From assembly GCA_039545335.1 (NCBI GenBank), contig BCIN01000001.1:2731136-2795135 (forward strand): a stretch of DNA of 64,000 bases, in the 5' to 3' direction. Numbering within the stretch: the first letter of the stretch is position 1; each line of letters begins with the position of its first letter. The notes beneath the pieces were generated by a model. It did no database searches and was not told the origin of the DNA. It saw nothing but the letters and a program-made list of their open reading frames with translations. A program made the position numbers and the translations under genes. The stretch is from Kondoa subrosea (taxonomy: Eukaryota). Shown here one piece after another: positions 38,392 through 52,137 of this stretch.

Positions 38392-39663
38392 CTACGGCTT
38401 GAATTTGATACTGCTCTTGAGTCCACCTCCTGCTTTGCCAACTCGTTCCCAAACTGCTGCACCTATACCGCGATCCCAAATCGCTTCATCTTCTGGCCGC
38501 TCAACCAAGATCACATCCACGCCCCGCTGCTCCAAATATCTCAAGCCATCAAAGAGTCTTGCTGCATGTATAGATGGATCGTTTACTGGTCCGAAAGAGT
38601 AGGAAACAGTCTTAATTGATTCTGATTTAAGTTGATCAGGAAGAGAGGAGGGCTCGAGGTGCAAAAGACCAATGGTCGATGATTGAAGGTCGTTCAGCTG
38701 AGGCGGGAGCAGATGTTTGAGCTTGGGTTGTATACCTCGATCGGCTTGTGCATCGGCTTGCACACAAAGAACAGGACAAGAAGGTGCATAGTGTCGATAC
38801 TTCATACCAGGTGTAGCAGGTTTCTCTTCCACTTTCTTATCTTGCCAATCTTTTCCATACACTTTCACTTTCACTTGATCCAATCCAGCTTTTCGCAAAC
38901 ATGCTTCGATCTCGTCCGAACCTACTCCACCTAGTCTCAACACTCTGATCTCTCCTTCGCATGTCACTCCATCCACAACAGTACTTTCCAATCCTACATC
39001 CGCTTGACCTCCATCCAGGATCATCAATTTCCAATCTTTGTCTCGATGATGTTTGGCATACATGTCATTATAGACATGCAGAGCGTCTGTTGGACTTGGT
39101 CGACCAGATACATTAGCTGAAGGAGCAGCTATAGGTCTATCTGCTTTATTGATGAGAGCTCGAGCTACTGGATGTGCTGGCATTCGAACTGCTATAGTAG
39201 GTAAAGAAGCGACAACTTCTTTTGCAAAGAGAGAAGATGGAGGTAGTGGGAAGAGAAATGTAAGTGGACCAGGCCAAAAGGACTTGATGAGTGCAGAGTA
39301 AGGTTGAGGTATAGGATTTGATAGAGTGATATAACGGTTTAACATAGCTAAGCTGTCTATGTGGACGATAAGAGGGTTATCGGATGGTCGACCTTTTGCT
39401 GAATAGATGGATTGAACTGCTTGAGATGATAGAGCAGATGCTCCAAGTCCATAGACAGTCTCTGTAGGAAATGCCACTAGTTTATCGTTGCGTAAGAGGG
39501 CAGCTGCTTGCTCGATAGCTTGAGATGTTGCTGCGTCATTTATTGTGCATTCACCAGAGTCAGAGAAGCTGATAGAACCAGGCAGACATTTGCGAATGAT
39601 GAGATTTTCAGACATGAGGACAACAGCACGCGAGGATCTAGAAACAGCAGCGCTGATGAGCAT
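38392..39663 (-). CDS. SUA5: Threonylcarbamoyl-AMP synthase Sua5 (YrdC plus SUA5 domains), intronless
   Basis: VAFPTETVYGLGA, KGRPSDNPLIVH, FWPGPLT, IAAPSANVSGRPSPT, GLESTVVD and PGMKYRHYAP. Confidence 0.97.
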   Translation of the reverse strand: MLISAAVSRSSRAVVLMSENLIIRKCLPGSISFSDSGECTINDAATSQAIEQAAALLRNDKLVAFPTETVYGLGASALSSQAVQSIYSAKGRPSDNPLIVHIDSLAMLNRYITLSNPIPQPYSALIKSFWPGPLTFLFPLPPSSLFAKEVVASLPTIAVRMPAHPVARALINKADRPIAAPSANVSGRPSPTDALHVYNDMYAKHHRDKDWKLMILDGGQADVGLESTVVDGVTCEGEIRVLRLGGVGSDEIEACLRKAGLDQVKVKVYGKDWQDKKVEEKPATPGMKYRHYAPSCPVLCVQADAQADRGIQPKLKHLLPPQLNDLQSSTIGLLHLEPSSLPDQLKSESIKTVSYSFGPVNDPSIHAARLFDGLRYLEQRGVDVILVERPEDEAIWDRGIGAAVWERVGKAGGGLKSSIKFKP

Positions 39664-40267
39664 GCACTTCTCGATGACTACCGTGCTGCTCTCGGAGTCT
39701 TGCGAGCACTTTCAAGTTTTTGTCAGGTCAAGCATGCATGATTTGGATTTTGATCTCTTGCTCCAGACCACCTCTCGCACATTTGTGTGGGATCTTGCTT
39801 GAGCTCTACGCTATCTTGGACATCGCCCAGCCCAGACCTTAGAAGCGCAGCCCTCAGGCAGCAGCAGCTCTCTCTTCCAGCTTTCTTCGGGCAATTATCT
39901 TCCCGGCGTCAAGCTCTCTCTGTATTTGGTTCTGTGCTCTCACAGTCATGCCCATCGCGCCCAATTACCTAGCACCATTCAACCACAATCATTACCTTAT
40001 AGCTAGACTTCAGGCAACAAGCTCTCCATTTTAGCGTGGATCTGCATATCTCTGGCTGGCCTTCCGCAGTACGCTGCAATTCGATCGCATACATCTCAAG
40101 ATACCATCTCAGCGATCAATCAAACTTTCTGACACGCTCAGCGAAAAATCTTTTCAAGCACTTAGTGAATCTGCTCAAGTAATCCGTCCACCTGTTGAAC
40201 GATCTTATTCAACATCTGTCATCAAATACTTATCATCAACCTACTATCGCAACATACGACCAAGACA

Positions 40268-42678
40268 ATGAGTCGTTGTAAGTTTTTGATCAGCTGACTG
40301 TCTCACCTCAAAAAGCTCACCCATTTCTGCTCTGAAGCTCGTCGACCCGCCGATCCGGTGGCCTCTAGTAGTCGTCACCCCTATCATGCATCAAACGATG
40401 TTTCAAACAAACGAGACAAACGCAACAAAGCCAAGTCTCATGCAGCCCCACCGCATTCAGGTCGAGCTACCCAAAACTCTCTTGCCAACTCACCTTACCT
40501 CACTAGAAACTTCAACGTGGAAGATCATTATGAACCAGAAGAAGACGAACCAGAAGATGAATATCGACCTCCACGTCAAACTGCACCTTTGATCAAAAGG
40601 AAACGAGGTCGTCCACCTAAGCAGCGCAATAGCGATCATCATCCCAATAATGGTGGTGGACAATCTCTTCGGATTCGTTTGAAAACTTCTGCTACCAATT
40701 CACCAAACGTACCTCCTGTAAAATCTTCTAACGGGAGAAAGAAAGCAGCTGCACCTTCCGAATCCTCTTCTGACGAGGATGAAGAAGAATATTCTTCGTC
40801 AAATGATAATGAAGTTAGCAACAAGAAGAACAAAACCCGTCAACGTGTTCCTGCATTATCAACTTTAGGTAACAGTCATCTAGGATCAAACCCAAGCGGC
40901 GAAGAGGATAGCGATGTCGATCTTCTAGCTGGTGGAATTGAACAAACTGGTGTTGATGTTTGGGAATTATCTGCTCCTGCTGCGTTCGTCACTTGGTCAG
41001 AAGATGAAGATACTTTAGCTGCTACCACATGGAGTGGACTTCAAGAAGATGGCGAAGAAGGAGGAGCAGAAGAAGAAGCAGAGGAGGAAGAAGAAGAGGA
41101 TTTAGCTGGTGAAGAAGATTTTCAGGAATTGTTGGCTTGGGGAAATGGGGAAATGAAATTGGAAGGCATGCCTGAAACGGAACAGGATGGTCAAGGGAAT
41201 GGCAACACTCAATGGTCAGTATCGAGCTTTCAGCCATAACATTGTTTTATTGACGGTATTCTGGACTAACAGGTTCGAGAATGCTCCCTCTGTTTATGGA
41301 CTTGAATTGGATTCAACAACCGATGAAGATGAACCTGGCGCTATAGACTCGGATGATGAGCATAACGCAGACTCATCTGAGGAAATGGATCAAATGATGG
41401 TCATCAATGGCTTGTATGGCGACTCCGATGAGTCCGAAGAAGGAGGCAATACGACCGACACACTGGATGACGCCGACGAAGATGGTCTAGCTCGCTTTGG
41501 TATCGAAACAGATGAAGTTCAAGTACCTCACGACGAGCACAAGGGCTCAGAACCTACTGCAGACGGCCTAACTCGCCCTTCAGCTCGGAAATTGTCCAAG
41601 CAACCTGCGAATGGTTCAGCAGGACCTCCACCTGGACCTGCTATGGGTGATTTCACTCTACCAGAACCTTCTCCATTCGGTCGCAAGACGATGACTATTC
41701 TTGATGGCACTCAGCGAGGTCCAATTCTTTCGCCTTTTTCTGTTACAAAGCCTCGCAGAACAAAAAGAACCAGGGTTCGTCTGATCTTATTGCCTTGATA
41801 TTGTCGGACTGAATTGACATTTATTTTGGCTATAGTCTATCAGTGAAAGCGTTACTCCAGCACGTCGAGCTCGCGGAAACTCTCTCACTTCTTCCCGGTC
41901 GACAATGTCTGCACCATCGCTGGATCTGAATCGTCCATCACCTCCTTCCGATATCCTGGAAGTTGATGAGGAAGCTTTAATGATGGAACTTGATCTGGAC
42001 GATTTCCTTGAAGCTTCAATCATGCAAGGAGGAGAATTGGAAATGGTCTTACCCGAGTCTGAAGCCGAAACCGATGCTGATGCAACTCATACCGAAGGCC
42101 TGGATTTCAGCCGATGGGACAGAATTCCGATTGGCGCTTTCAGGAGTTCTCGTAGTCATCGGGAATCACAAACGCAATCTAATGAAGCTGGTCCTTTCAG
42201 TAATGGCAATGCTGCAGTCTATCTGCCTATCGCTACTGCCATACTGGATGCGGTCCAACATACGCGCCCTTCTTGGGAATCAAGCAATGGGAATAAAAGA
42301 GTCAAGATCACTCGGAAGGAAGCAATTGGCATGTCTCCAATGTTGATGCCGATCATGACTTCTCGCGTGCCATCTTCCATCAAGTCTCGGAAAGACAGAA
42401 GAGCTGAAAAGAAGAGAGCGAGCAGTCGATCTCCAGCCGTAGGCACGCCTAAGATTGGTAACAGTAATGGCTTCGCTTCTCCTTCTGCTAATCTTGATGC
42501 ACCTGCTCTGACTTTGGAGAGAGCAAGCCAATCCCCAGCACCTGATCTTCCGCCTCCGACCCTACCTTCCTTCCATATCGGCTTGTCTCATTCACCTTTA
42601 TTCTCTGCACAAGCAGCTGCAGCCGGTATCCCTGCCTTTAGTCTCGACCCTCAACAGAACGGAATCTTTCGATTATAA
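40268..42678 (+). CDS. Acidic low-complexity nuclear protein with an AT-hook; possible Ifh1/Crf1-like regulator
   Basis: ORFs 40358, 41187 and 41905 join through introns. Contains AT-hook KRKRGRPPK, acidic tracts, STTDEDEP and RWDRIPIGAFR. Confidence 0.55.
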
Positions 42679-42841
42679 TAGAGCATCGATGTAGAATAGA
42701 TTGTCTGTGTCATCTGGTCTGGGATCCCGCATACTTATAACCTCAAAAGGGCTACTGTGTATAGTAGCGTTGGTCTTTGCCTTTGTCTTGTCTTGTGTAC
42801 ATTGCATTTTCATCGTATCTCGTAATCCTATATACACGGCC

Positions 42842-43565
42842 TCAATCATCTCCGACTGGCACCTCTTCCTCCATCACTCTTATCAGCCTGACTCTCATCT
42901 CCGTCCGTTCGCCACCTCGCAGAACATCAGAAACAAAGAAAGCTGATACTTGAAATTGTATCTGCAAAGAAGTGTCAAGGAGCAATTCGACAGGTCAATA
43001 TGATGCTCACCATTTCCAGAGCTCCTCGTATCACACCGCATAACACATTACTATACCACAGTCCATTCCCAGGATCACCAGGTTTAGCATTCGCATTCGG
43101 AGAGCCCAAAGCACTTTCAGGTAGTTCGACGAATTCGGCCAGCGGGTTTTCGTCGAATATCAGAGCAAATTCTTTTGGAGCGTTAGGCCCTGCTGGAGGA
43201 TGCGCTATCTGAGGTGTGATATTCAGGAAAGCTTTGAAAGCGACCTATCATTGGATAATGAATATAAGCCAGAAGAAGAGGAAGAACCAATTGCTACTGA
43301 CTCTTGCTAGTACTTCACCTACATCCCTGAATTCTGTGCAGCGTCCAACACCCGTTCGAGCCAGGAAATCCTCAATCAGCCTTGTTCCCATATTGTAACC
43401 CATTTTCTCTAGCTGCTTATTGACCGCATCAAAGTCTTCGTAGTCCTTGATCAATTGCACAACTAGAGCTCCATAGGTAAGCGTGAAGAGCTCCGAGTTG
43501 ATCTTCTCTGTTCGCTTAAAGAGATCTTCGCCTTGCTTGTTCAATTTCGTTATCTGTGCTGCCAT
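42842..43565 (-). CDS. BET3: TRAPP complex subunit Bet3 (TRAPPC3)
   Basis: KINSELFTLTYGALVVQL, LEKMGYNMGTRLIEDFLAR, FDENPLAEFVELP and LWYSNVLCGVIRGALEMV. Confidence 0.97.
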
Positions 43566-43717
43566 ATCGTACGGCCTAATGTCCTCAATGAATCTTGAAT
43601 ACGCTACAAAGAGCAGCGAGTCGTGTTTACAGGATAAAAGACTTGTAATTCGACAAGAAGAAGCTTGTCGAGCAACCTTCGTATACCCAGACTGCAGATA
43701 CCTGGCTTGACTGAGAA

Positions 43718-44557
43718 ATGGATAATACCGAGCTAGAGACTTTTCTGCTGCTGTCATTGAGCGATTCCAATTTGCCCACTGGCGGGTTTGTCGCTTCCAA
43801 TGCACTCGAATCTACAGCACAGCATGGTTTCTTGAACTCTGCTGAGCTCAATACAACGCAATCAATCTCTCTGTTCGTGCGGAAGAGCTTGGAATCATAT
43901 GCGAAGCTGGCTCTGCCTTTCCTGAATGACGCTCACGATACTTTATCTGGTTTGACTGCTTCAAACATAGAAGAGAGCAAAGAGGCCTTATTGCAACTAA
44001 GCGCCTTGCACGATTCAATGCTGCTCAATCATGTTGCTCGGCGAGCTTCAAAGGCTCAAGGTTCAGCACTTCTGGCACTTTGGAAACGCTCTTTCGCACC
44101 TTTACCTACAGCAGAAGATGATCACCAGCTACCCATCGTACTTCTCATTGACTCGATACGCTCAGCTAATCGTCAAGGCACTTTTGAAGCACACCTATGT
44201 ATATCTTGGGCTATTCTTTGCGCGGCTATTTCTCTTTCGAAAACAAGGACTGCTTACCTACATCTTTTCCTACATGTTCGATCAGTCTTCAGTTCAGCAG
44301 TTAGAATGAATTTGATTGGTCCTTATGTTGCGCAAAGGGAATTGATGGGTTTCAAGAAAGAGCTCGAGAGGGTCTGTAAAGATGGAGCAAGAGCCACAAC
44401 TCGTCCATTTCGTGCAATAGCTGTGGATAAAGATATTGAAAGTCGTGAATCAGAACATGATGAATTGGAAGAGCTTGGACCAAGAATGATTTGGCCTCTG
44501 CAAGAGATCCTAGCTACAAGACACGATGCAATACACTCCAGGATCTTCAACAGCTGA
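43718..44557 (+). CDS. UREF: Urease accessory protein UreF, intronless
   Basis: LLLSLSDSNLPTGGFVASNALES, ARRASKAQGSALL, SSAVRMNLIGPY and C-terminal RHDAIHSRIFNS. Confidence 0.93.
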   Translation: MDNTELETFLLLSLSDSNLPTGGFVASNALESTAQHGFLNSAELNTTQSISLFVRKSLESYAKLALPFLNDAHDTLSGLTASNIEESKEALLQLSALHDSMLLNHVARRASKAQGSALLALWKRSFAPLPTAEDDHQLPIVLLIDSIRSANRQGTFEAHLCISWAILCAAISLSKTRTAYLHLFLHVRSVFSSAVRMNLIGPYVAQRELMGFKKELERVCKDGARATTRPFRAIAVDKDIESRESEHDELEELGPRMIWPLQEILATRHDAIHSRIFNS

Positions 44558-45165
44558 ATGAGGCATCGAACGAAGGCTGCAAGGCAAGACACAACTTCCA
44601 AAGCCAAAGCAAAGCTCTCCCAATATCTTATGCAGCGTCATTCTGTTATGGCGAATTATAATTAGTCTTATCCTCAGCTCAACGGTCACGGCACACGCGA
44701 CTACCTTAAAATCCCGCTGGCGTCTCTAATATAAGGTGCCTGATTCGCTTCAGACCTGATTCTCGCGAAACCTGGCGACGCTAACGCTAGTCACGGAATT
44801 TGTGCTTCTAATTCTATAAGGGATGTCCAGCTCCCAGGTAGGCTATTACACTGCTGCTGTACGACTATACATCGCTAATAATTGAGCGACACGAGAACGA
44901 ACGCGGGTCTTTCCCTTACGCCCGCCGCGCGCGCTGCTCGATCACAGAGACATTATGGAGATTTCCCCTGGATTGCTCACAAACCGCCCACGATAAAACA
45001 GCGATGAGCCCGCTTCCGACTGAGATGGGTCTACCGGAGCGTGGATTTGCTTCTGGTCAGATATAGCCTACAACGCAAATCTAGTTGCTCTCAACAGGCA
45101 ACAATTTCTGCTTTATCATCTATTATTGGCTTAATCTCGACCGCAAATTCAAGTCTGATTGACGC

Positions 45166-47646
45166 ATGAATTCAAGTTCTGTTCGGCATGTTCCTACGCC
45201 TATAACAATACCGTCACCTCGCTCGAATAAGGACGACTTTGCATTTCACATTGATTTTCATCCCAATAAAAACAGCGCCAGTCAGCATTACGAAATAGCC
45301 ACCCTCAGTCCATCACATCTTCTAGCAGATACTCCATTCAACCTCGGCAGCAGTCCGTACGAGACTAAGCCACAGTCGCGGTTTCTACATGGAAGTCCTT
45401 CCAGCAGTTCTAGCTTTGCTAGATCAATACCTGCCAGACCCATCACTCCAAGGCAATATTCTCTCGACTCTATAAACACAGTTCCCACTACTCCTTCTCG
45501 ACTGAACAATATGACATCCCTGCCGGAATTACAAGCTGCTGCTTTAGCTCGAGCTAGAACAGACATGGGGTTGGCTTCTGAACAGCAAAGTCTACACCCT
45601 ACTATCGATACTGGAATCTTTCATCGAGGCAATGCTTCCAGCAATAGCAGCGATCGAGACTCGCAAGATATTGAACCACCCAGTCCTCAAAAGTCTTCAT
45701 CTACCTTATGGCTAGGTGATTTGGAAGCCTGGATGTCAGAAGAGTACATCAAGAGTTGTGTTCGGTTAATGAAATGGGACGCGGATCCAAATTCACCTAC
45801 TGGTCGGGTGGAAGTGAATGTCAAGCTCGCTAAAAGCGCTCCTCAGTAAGCTTAAATCGCCAGTCTGATCACAATCATAGTCATTGATTTTGCAAACAGA
45901 TCTACTTCATATTACGCTTTTTTACATTACCCTACTGCTGCGCAAGCCGCCGCGATAGTGGATTATTACGATCTCTACCAAAGAAGAACTTTGATGCCTG
46001 GATCAGGACGGACTTTCAAGCGTTAGTGTTATCCCATTGCTCAATTTTCTCGATCTAAAAGAATATCATGTCGATAGTCAATTGGGCTACCGGGCTTCCC
46101 GGAGCTTCACCAAGCTGGTCAAACGAGTACTCTATATTTGTTGGGGAGTAAGCTTCAGCCGATAAGCTAGCCGGCGAACTTTCTGATCGATTTATCACAG
46201 TTTGGATAAATCGGTAACGGAAGTCGAATTGCTGGTCAGTTACAAACCGTAAGCTGCATGGTCAACTACTTATCTACCACACAGGCTCTCTTCACACCTC
46301 TTTTCCCGTCATGCTCTGCAGCCAAGATAATGTGCGATCCGGTAAGTGCTCGTCTTCAGATCGAATAGACTACGGAAGCTAATCTCGCATCGAACAGACT
46401 GGTCTATCTAAAGGCTATGGTTTCATTCGGTTCAGCTCGTCAGAAGAGAGGGAAGAAGCATTGAGGCTAGGACGTTCAGCGACATCCACCTTTATCTTGC
46501 GAGGAAGGAAATTGCGCATCAATGAAGCAAGCGTTACTGGTAGCTCAACACCAAATCGGAACAAGACGGGAGTAGCTGACTCGCCGCTGGTTTCGCCGCG
46601 GATGCAAACTTCTGCTTTTGCTACCAATACCGAAGCATCATCGCGAATTACGTCCACCGATCCCTACAATACAACCATCTTTGTCGGTGGACTTCCAGCA
46701 GCAATAAGCGAGGAGGCCCTTAAGGTAAATACCGATGCAGCCATTCCTGCTGTTTAAGCTTACATCCTTGCTCTTCAGTCCTTTTTTGTTCCTTATGGCG
46801 AAGGTGAGATTATGCTCATGGTCATATAGTCAATTATGATCTGACAATATTGATCATAGTCACGTATGTGAAGGTTCCTCCAGGCAAAGGATGTGGCTTT
46901 GTGCATTTTCTGCACCGGGCAGATGCCGAAAGAGCGATCCTCGAGATGAAGTAAATGCTCCTCATTTAAGTACTTTTCACCCGCTGACTTGTAACAGCGA
47001 TTATCCCATCTATGGCAAATCGCGCATTCGAACATCGTGGGGAAAATCCCCAACCGATAAGCAAGCCGCCACTCAGGTGTCGAAAGTTCCATCTGGTTTG
47101 GAATTGTCCCTCGATACAATAAGAGGTTTCTCGCAATTAAATCCAACAAACCCAACTCAAATCGATACCAGGAGCCGAGAACGGTCAGCCTCGACTAGCG
47201 CTACGATTCCATCCTCGCGGTTTCTCGCTTCTTCACCTACAACTTCTCGTGTGCGACAATTGTCATCGCAACCACAAGATCCAAGAACGTCTTTTGGTCT
47301 TGCTATTTCTGATCAACCACCTCTATTGCCTTCCAATCTTCTAGGTCTGGAAGAATCGTTCTCCAGGTTGCAGCCATACGTTCCACCGCACAGAGCACAA
47401 CAGAACCAATTCAACTCTATTCCAAATGCGCAAGTCGACTCATTGCTACATTCGCGCCGACATCAAAGCAATAGCTCAACACCACTTTCTTTATCTCAAA
47501 TGCGGTTGTCGGACGTTCAACCAATGCAATTCGGAAGATCAGGAGGTCTGTATACTCCTGATGGTACTGAATATTCTGCTCGGCGAGGCTCACCATTATC
47601 ATCCGACATAACACCATCTCTTGGCAACCGCAAGTCCTATTTCTGA
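45166..47646 (+). CDS. Triple-RRM RNA-binding protein (Nam8/Ngr1/Csx1-like), many small exons
   Basis: TLWLGDLEAWM, FKLNWA-like exon junction, EYSIFVGDL, SKGYGFIRF, TDPYNTTIFVGGL, GKGCGFVHF and SRIRTSWGK. Confidence 0.85.
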
Positions 47647-48566
47647 TTTCGATACAGGGCGCAAAAACACGGTCGCTTGGTCCTTCAATTACATACTTTC
47701 TTAGAAACAAGTTTACACTCAAGTCGTTTTAGCACATATCATCAAATTTCATAACACATTCAGCATCGGCTCTTCTGGTCATTCTTGCGGGAACGAGAAG
47801 GTCTCATTGCGGCAATATAAGGGATGTACAATTGGGCTGTTGCATAAGGGGTATTTATCAGTGGATTCAAGTTCGCTGAATGTATTACAAATGCACGAAG
47901 TTCTTAAAGCTTTCATCTTGTCTGTCGTGTCATCTTTGAGAGCAATACTGTCCGCCAGTAAGGATTGGCGAGATCCGCCACACCTGGCTGCGAGTCGGCA
48001 AATCTGAAAGTCGAGAAGTTAGCTTCCAAGCACCTTTTAGACACTCTCTCCTGGAGTCGCTATACACGACCAGCGCTTGTCAACAGCGCAGTGTCTGTAC
48101 AACGCAAGCGCGTTCTGCAATCAACCCGAGTAGACGGATTTGGCTACAGGCCAAGCTCGAGCCGCTATCGCCTTCGTTGCAGTCTGACAACAGCCAGGCT
48201 ATACACAGCAAGTCACAGACTCAAGTGAGTCTGTCTACCGACTGTGCTTCACTTCGCGCTCTAATTTGTGAAAATCAGGCCAAGTCGAACTTTGAACACT
48301 GCCTGAAACACTGCTCTGGAGCTACAAGCTGTTATATAGTGACTCTTGATCTGCTACATACTCGATAATCACCTTTTAGCTGCCAGCAAGCCTCAGCAGG
48401 TCCTAGCAATAAACTCAAGCTATCGATCTTTTCTCTATAACAATTGGCCAGACTGAAGTTCGGCGTTGATTATCAGCACGCAGAGGATTAGTCGGTGCTC
48501 GACAAGTCCAGCGCGTCGTGTTAGTCTCTCGCGCGAACTGCAATCAGCGAGAAAAAGACATACCCA

Positions 48567-51500
48567 ATGTATTCCTATCCTCAACCTCCCGGACCTGTTT
48601 CTGTTATGGGTCCAACAGCAAATATGCCGATGCAGCATCAGCAGAACATGATGCACTCTGGCGGAATGCAGTCCGGTCCTTCTATCGCGCGACATATGCA
48701 ACCAGGTCAAATGATGCCTCAGCAAGCCAACGGAGGTCCTTTGCAACGGCCACCACTGAATCTCTCTTCCAATGGAATCAATGGAACTACTCCAAACACC
48801 TCAGCGCCTTTCATTGTATCTCCGCCGTCGACAGGATCTTTCCAGATGTCGCAACAACAAAGCTTGCCTGGAATGCCAGAACAACAGCAACCACCCTTTT
48901 CTGAGTGGAGCATGAATGAACCTCAGCAACAGATGAATAACAATCGCATGTTGCATCCTGCTTCGCGATCTCAATCTCAACCAGGTCATCCATCTGAAGC
49001 GTCGTCTCAAGGTTCTCAAATGAGCCGCAACTACAGCTATAACACTGCCATTCAGAGTAATAACAACAACCAAACGGTACAGAACTCTATGTCATACGCC
49101 CCGAATTACTCTATGCATCATTCGAATACAGAAGAAGATTTGGCAATGCATATCGGGAACACGGTACCTCTTCCTGCTTCTAGCGAAGTCCGGCGATCAT
49201 TTCACGCTTCAGTGTATGCGTATCTACATCAGAACGGTTTTCTCAAGGCTGCCCGAGCTCTATTGGAACAAGCTCCAGAAACACCAGTAGAACCGCCCTT
49301 GCCTGGTCAATTGAGCTTTGAAGCTCTCATGAGCAAAGCTTCTGTAAATACTATTCGCCCAAAAACCGAAGAATCAAGTGAAGGACAGCAAGCAGGCGAT
49401 CAAAGTTCACCCAAAAGTCAAAGTAGCATCATTGAGAAAGTTGGCGAATCGTCGGCGGAACTGTCGGGAGAGTCTTCCTCGCAGCAAAAGCAAACGGATG
49501 TAAGCAGTGCTATGATCAATGGATCAGAAAATATCAGCTCGAATAGCTCTTCCGGCTCATCGAATTTCAACTTCAAAGCTGACACGCATCGATCAGATAC
49601 CAGCCCGCCTGCTTTATATTCTCCACCTCGTTCAGGTCAAGATGGTCGTCCTTCAACTGATGGACAAACAAATCGTAACGGGACCGATACAAATTTCCCC
49701 CCTTTACCTCTTCCTCTGCTAACTCCTGCATGCGATATTTGGCAATGGTGGCTAGTTATGACTGATATTCGGCTGGCCCAGCAAAACACAGAAGCAGCTC
49801 GAGCAAGTCAAGGCGCTCGTAATTTTTTGGCCTCAAAGAACATGGCTCCGCAAGGGCGGGTAAGTCTCGAAAGGATGCTCGAGGGATCTAGCTCACTGAT
49901 GGACTGTCAGAATCCTACTGCTCTCGGCTTCAATGGCTCTTCGCCTGCTAATCTTGCAACAGAACCACAATCAGCAAATCAACCCAATGGCGATCCATAC
50001 TTGAATGCTCAGCAAGCGGCTGCTGCACATTCTGCGAGGCAGCAGCAGATGTTGCATCAAAATCAGTCTGCTCAACCGCCATCGATGCAACAAAACGGGA
50101 TGGAGCAGAATGGACTTCTTGGACCTTCGGCAGCAGCGCAACAAGCCAATCTTCGGAATCAGGCATTAGTAAACAACCAAAGACGTATGGCATCATCGTG
50201 TGTTTTCTTCCCTCTTATTGCCCAGCAGTTCTAATGTCAGTACCAGTCCTCAAGCTATGCATAGCACTTTCCCGCCGGGTAGGCCTGGACCAGGACAACC
50301 TCAACAGTTGGCAACCCAAGTTGGCATGTCATCGCAACCTAGTGGGCAAGCAATCTCTCAACAGCAACAGAACCTTCATCATCAGCAAATAGCTCAGCAG
50401 CAGCAAGCAATGCGTGACAAGTAAGTGTTTACTCGCCTGGCAGGACAAGGCTGACTGTTTCGTGCCACAGTCAAGTTAGGCAGGCTCAGATGCAGATGGC
50501 TCAGGCTCAAGCGCAAAATCACATGTCGAGGCCTCCCTCCGCTGCAGCGAATCATGCCAGTCCCGGCACTATACAACCACCTCAAAGACAACCATCCAGG
50601 ATGGCAGCGTTCGCAAACGGTAGTCCGCATCCGTATCCGCCCGAAAACTCAGTCGACGGAAGTAGTCCTATCAACCTCATTGGTTCGCCGATGAAGCGTC
50701 AGCGACGGTTGACTGCTGGTACTTCGACTGGTGAGTTAATTTGTGAGGCATCTTGCAAGACTCACAGCTCTGTCTCTAGTCGAACAACCCTCATACCCAA
50801 ATGGGTCGGCGGCTCAACAAGCTCAATTCCAAATGCATGCAAATATGGATCAAAATCAAGCTGCTCAGCAAGTCCAACAGCAGCAGCAAGCATTCATTCA
50901 AGTGAGTTCAGATATCTCGACAGATCACAAAATTAATATCGCAAAGCAAATGCAGAACCAGACGAATGGCCAGACTATGACGCCGCAAAATATCGCCGCC
51001 CAACAGACTGCGCAATTCAGAAACCGAGCAATGCAACATCAGCGCGCATCTACGCATCCGGGTGAACCGCCGAATCAGCCAGATAATGCTCATGAAAGTC
51101 TCTTGCTCTACCAACAACAGCAAATGCAACACGCAAGACAGCAGCAAGCAATGTCTCGAGCGCAGAATAATACTAGTCCTATGATGCAGCATACATTGCT
51201 CCAACCGCAACAAAACCCTGGCTCACCTTCCATCATGCAGAATGGAACATCTCAGAGTGAGTCTGCAAGATTATTTAAAACTTCCGCGTAGTAATTCCTG
51301 CCCAGATCGAATGTCTTCAGGTCAACAACCAGCGCCCAATGGTCAACTAAGTCAAATGAACGGCCAAATGAACGGCCAACAAGTACAAATGAATGGTCAA
51401 CAACAATTCGTACAGCCTTTTGAAGGTCACATGCTGCCGCCGTCGAGCCTGCCGAACGGAACGAATAGAAGACAGGGACCTGTAGCTGCTGGACAGCCCG

Positions 51501-52137
51501 CTGGTATCCCTTCTTCTACAAGTCAGCAGCATTATCCTGCGGCGCCAACGCCTAAGGGCGACTCGCCGACCCTTTCGCAACCGCCTACTCCTCGGACACC
51601 TCTAATAGCTGGCAACACGCCGAAAGAACGTGCATCGAGGAAGCGGACAGCAGACGGGAACGTCGTCAAGGAAGCATCTGCGACTAAGGTTGGTCTGACT
51701 GTTAAGATACAGGATAAGTACTGATGTTGTGTTTTATTCTGCTAAGAGTCCCAAAGAGGTTAAGAAGAGTCCCAAGTTGAAGAATAATGCCAAGCTCGAA
51801 CAAGAATCTTCAGATGATATCATAATGAATCAACCTGTTCAAGATCATCAACAGACTATTCATTTGAATCACGGTGGCATCGGTCATCCTCTTCCAATTG
51901 GACCCTTAGATGTATGTTCAATTACTTCTTGGTGATGCTGAGGATTTGGCTTATAATCACTTCAGACAATGTCCTTCGCCAACGAATTCCCAAGTTTCGA
52001 CATGCCGTTCCAGACTAACTTCGAAACTTCGGCAGATGGCAATGATCTCTTTGATGTTCGTACATTCATACAGAGACAGTTGCAGATTCTAATGTGTACA
52101 ACAGATGTTCATTGATCCAGACAACAATAGTCAATGA
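48567..52137 (+). CDS. LisH/LUFS-domain Gln-rich transcriptional regulator (Flo8/Som1/Adn-like)
   Basis: LisH segment FHASVYAYLHQNGFLKAARALL, a later IWQWWLVMTDI motif, extensive Q/N/P-rich exons, and last exon MFIDPDNNSQ*. Confidence 0.75.

Noticed and set aside
44690..44935. CGCG-rich motifs (ACGCGA, CGCGAAA, GCCGCGCGCG) upstream of the RRM gene as cell-cycle elements
   Set aside because: Short motifs with no supporting functional context; cannot be distinguished from chance.
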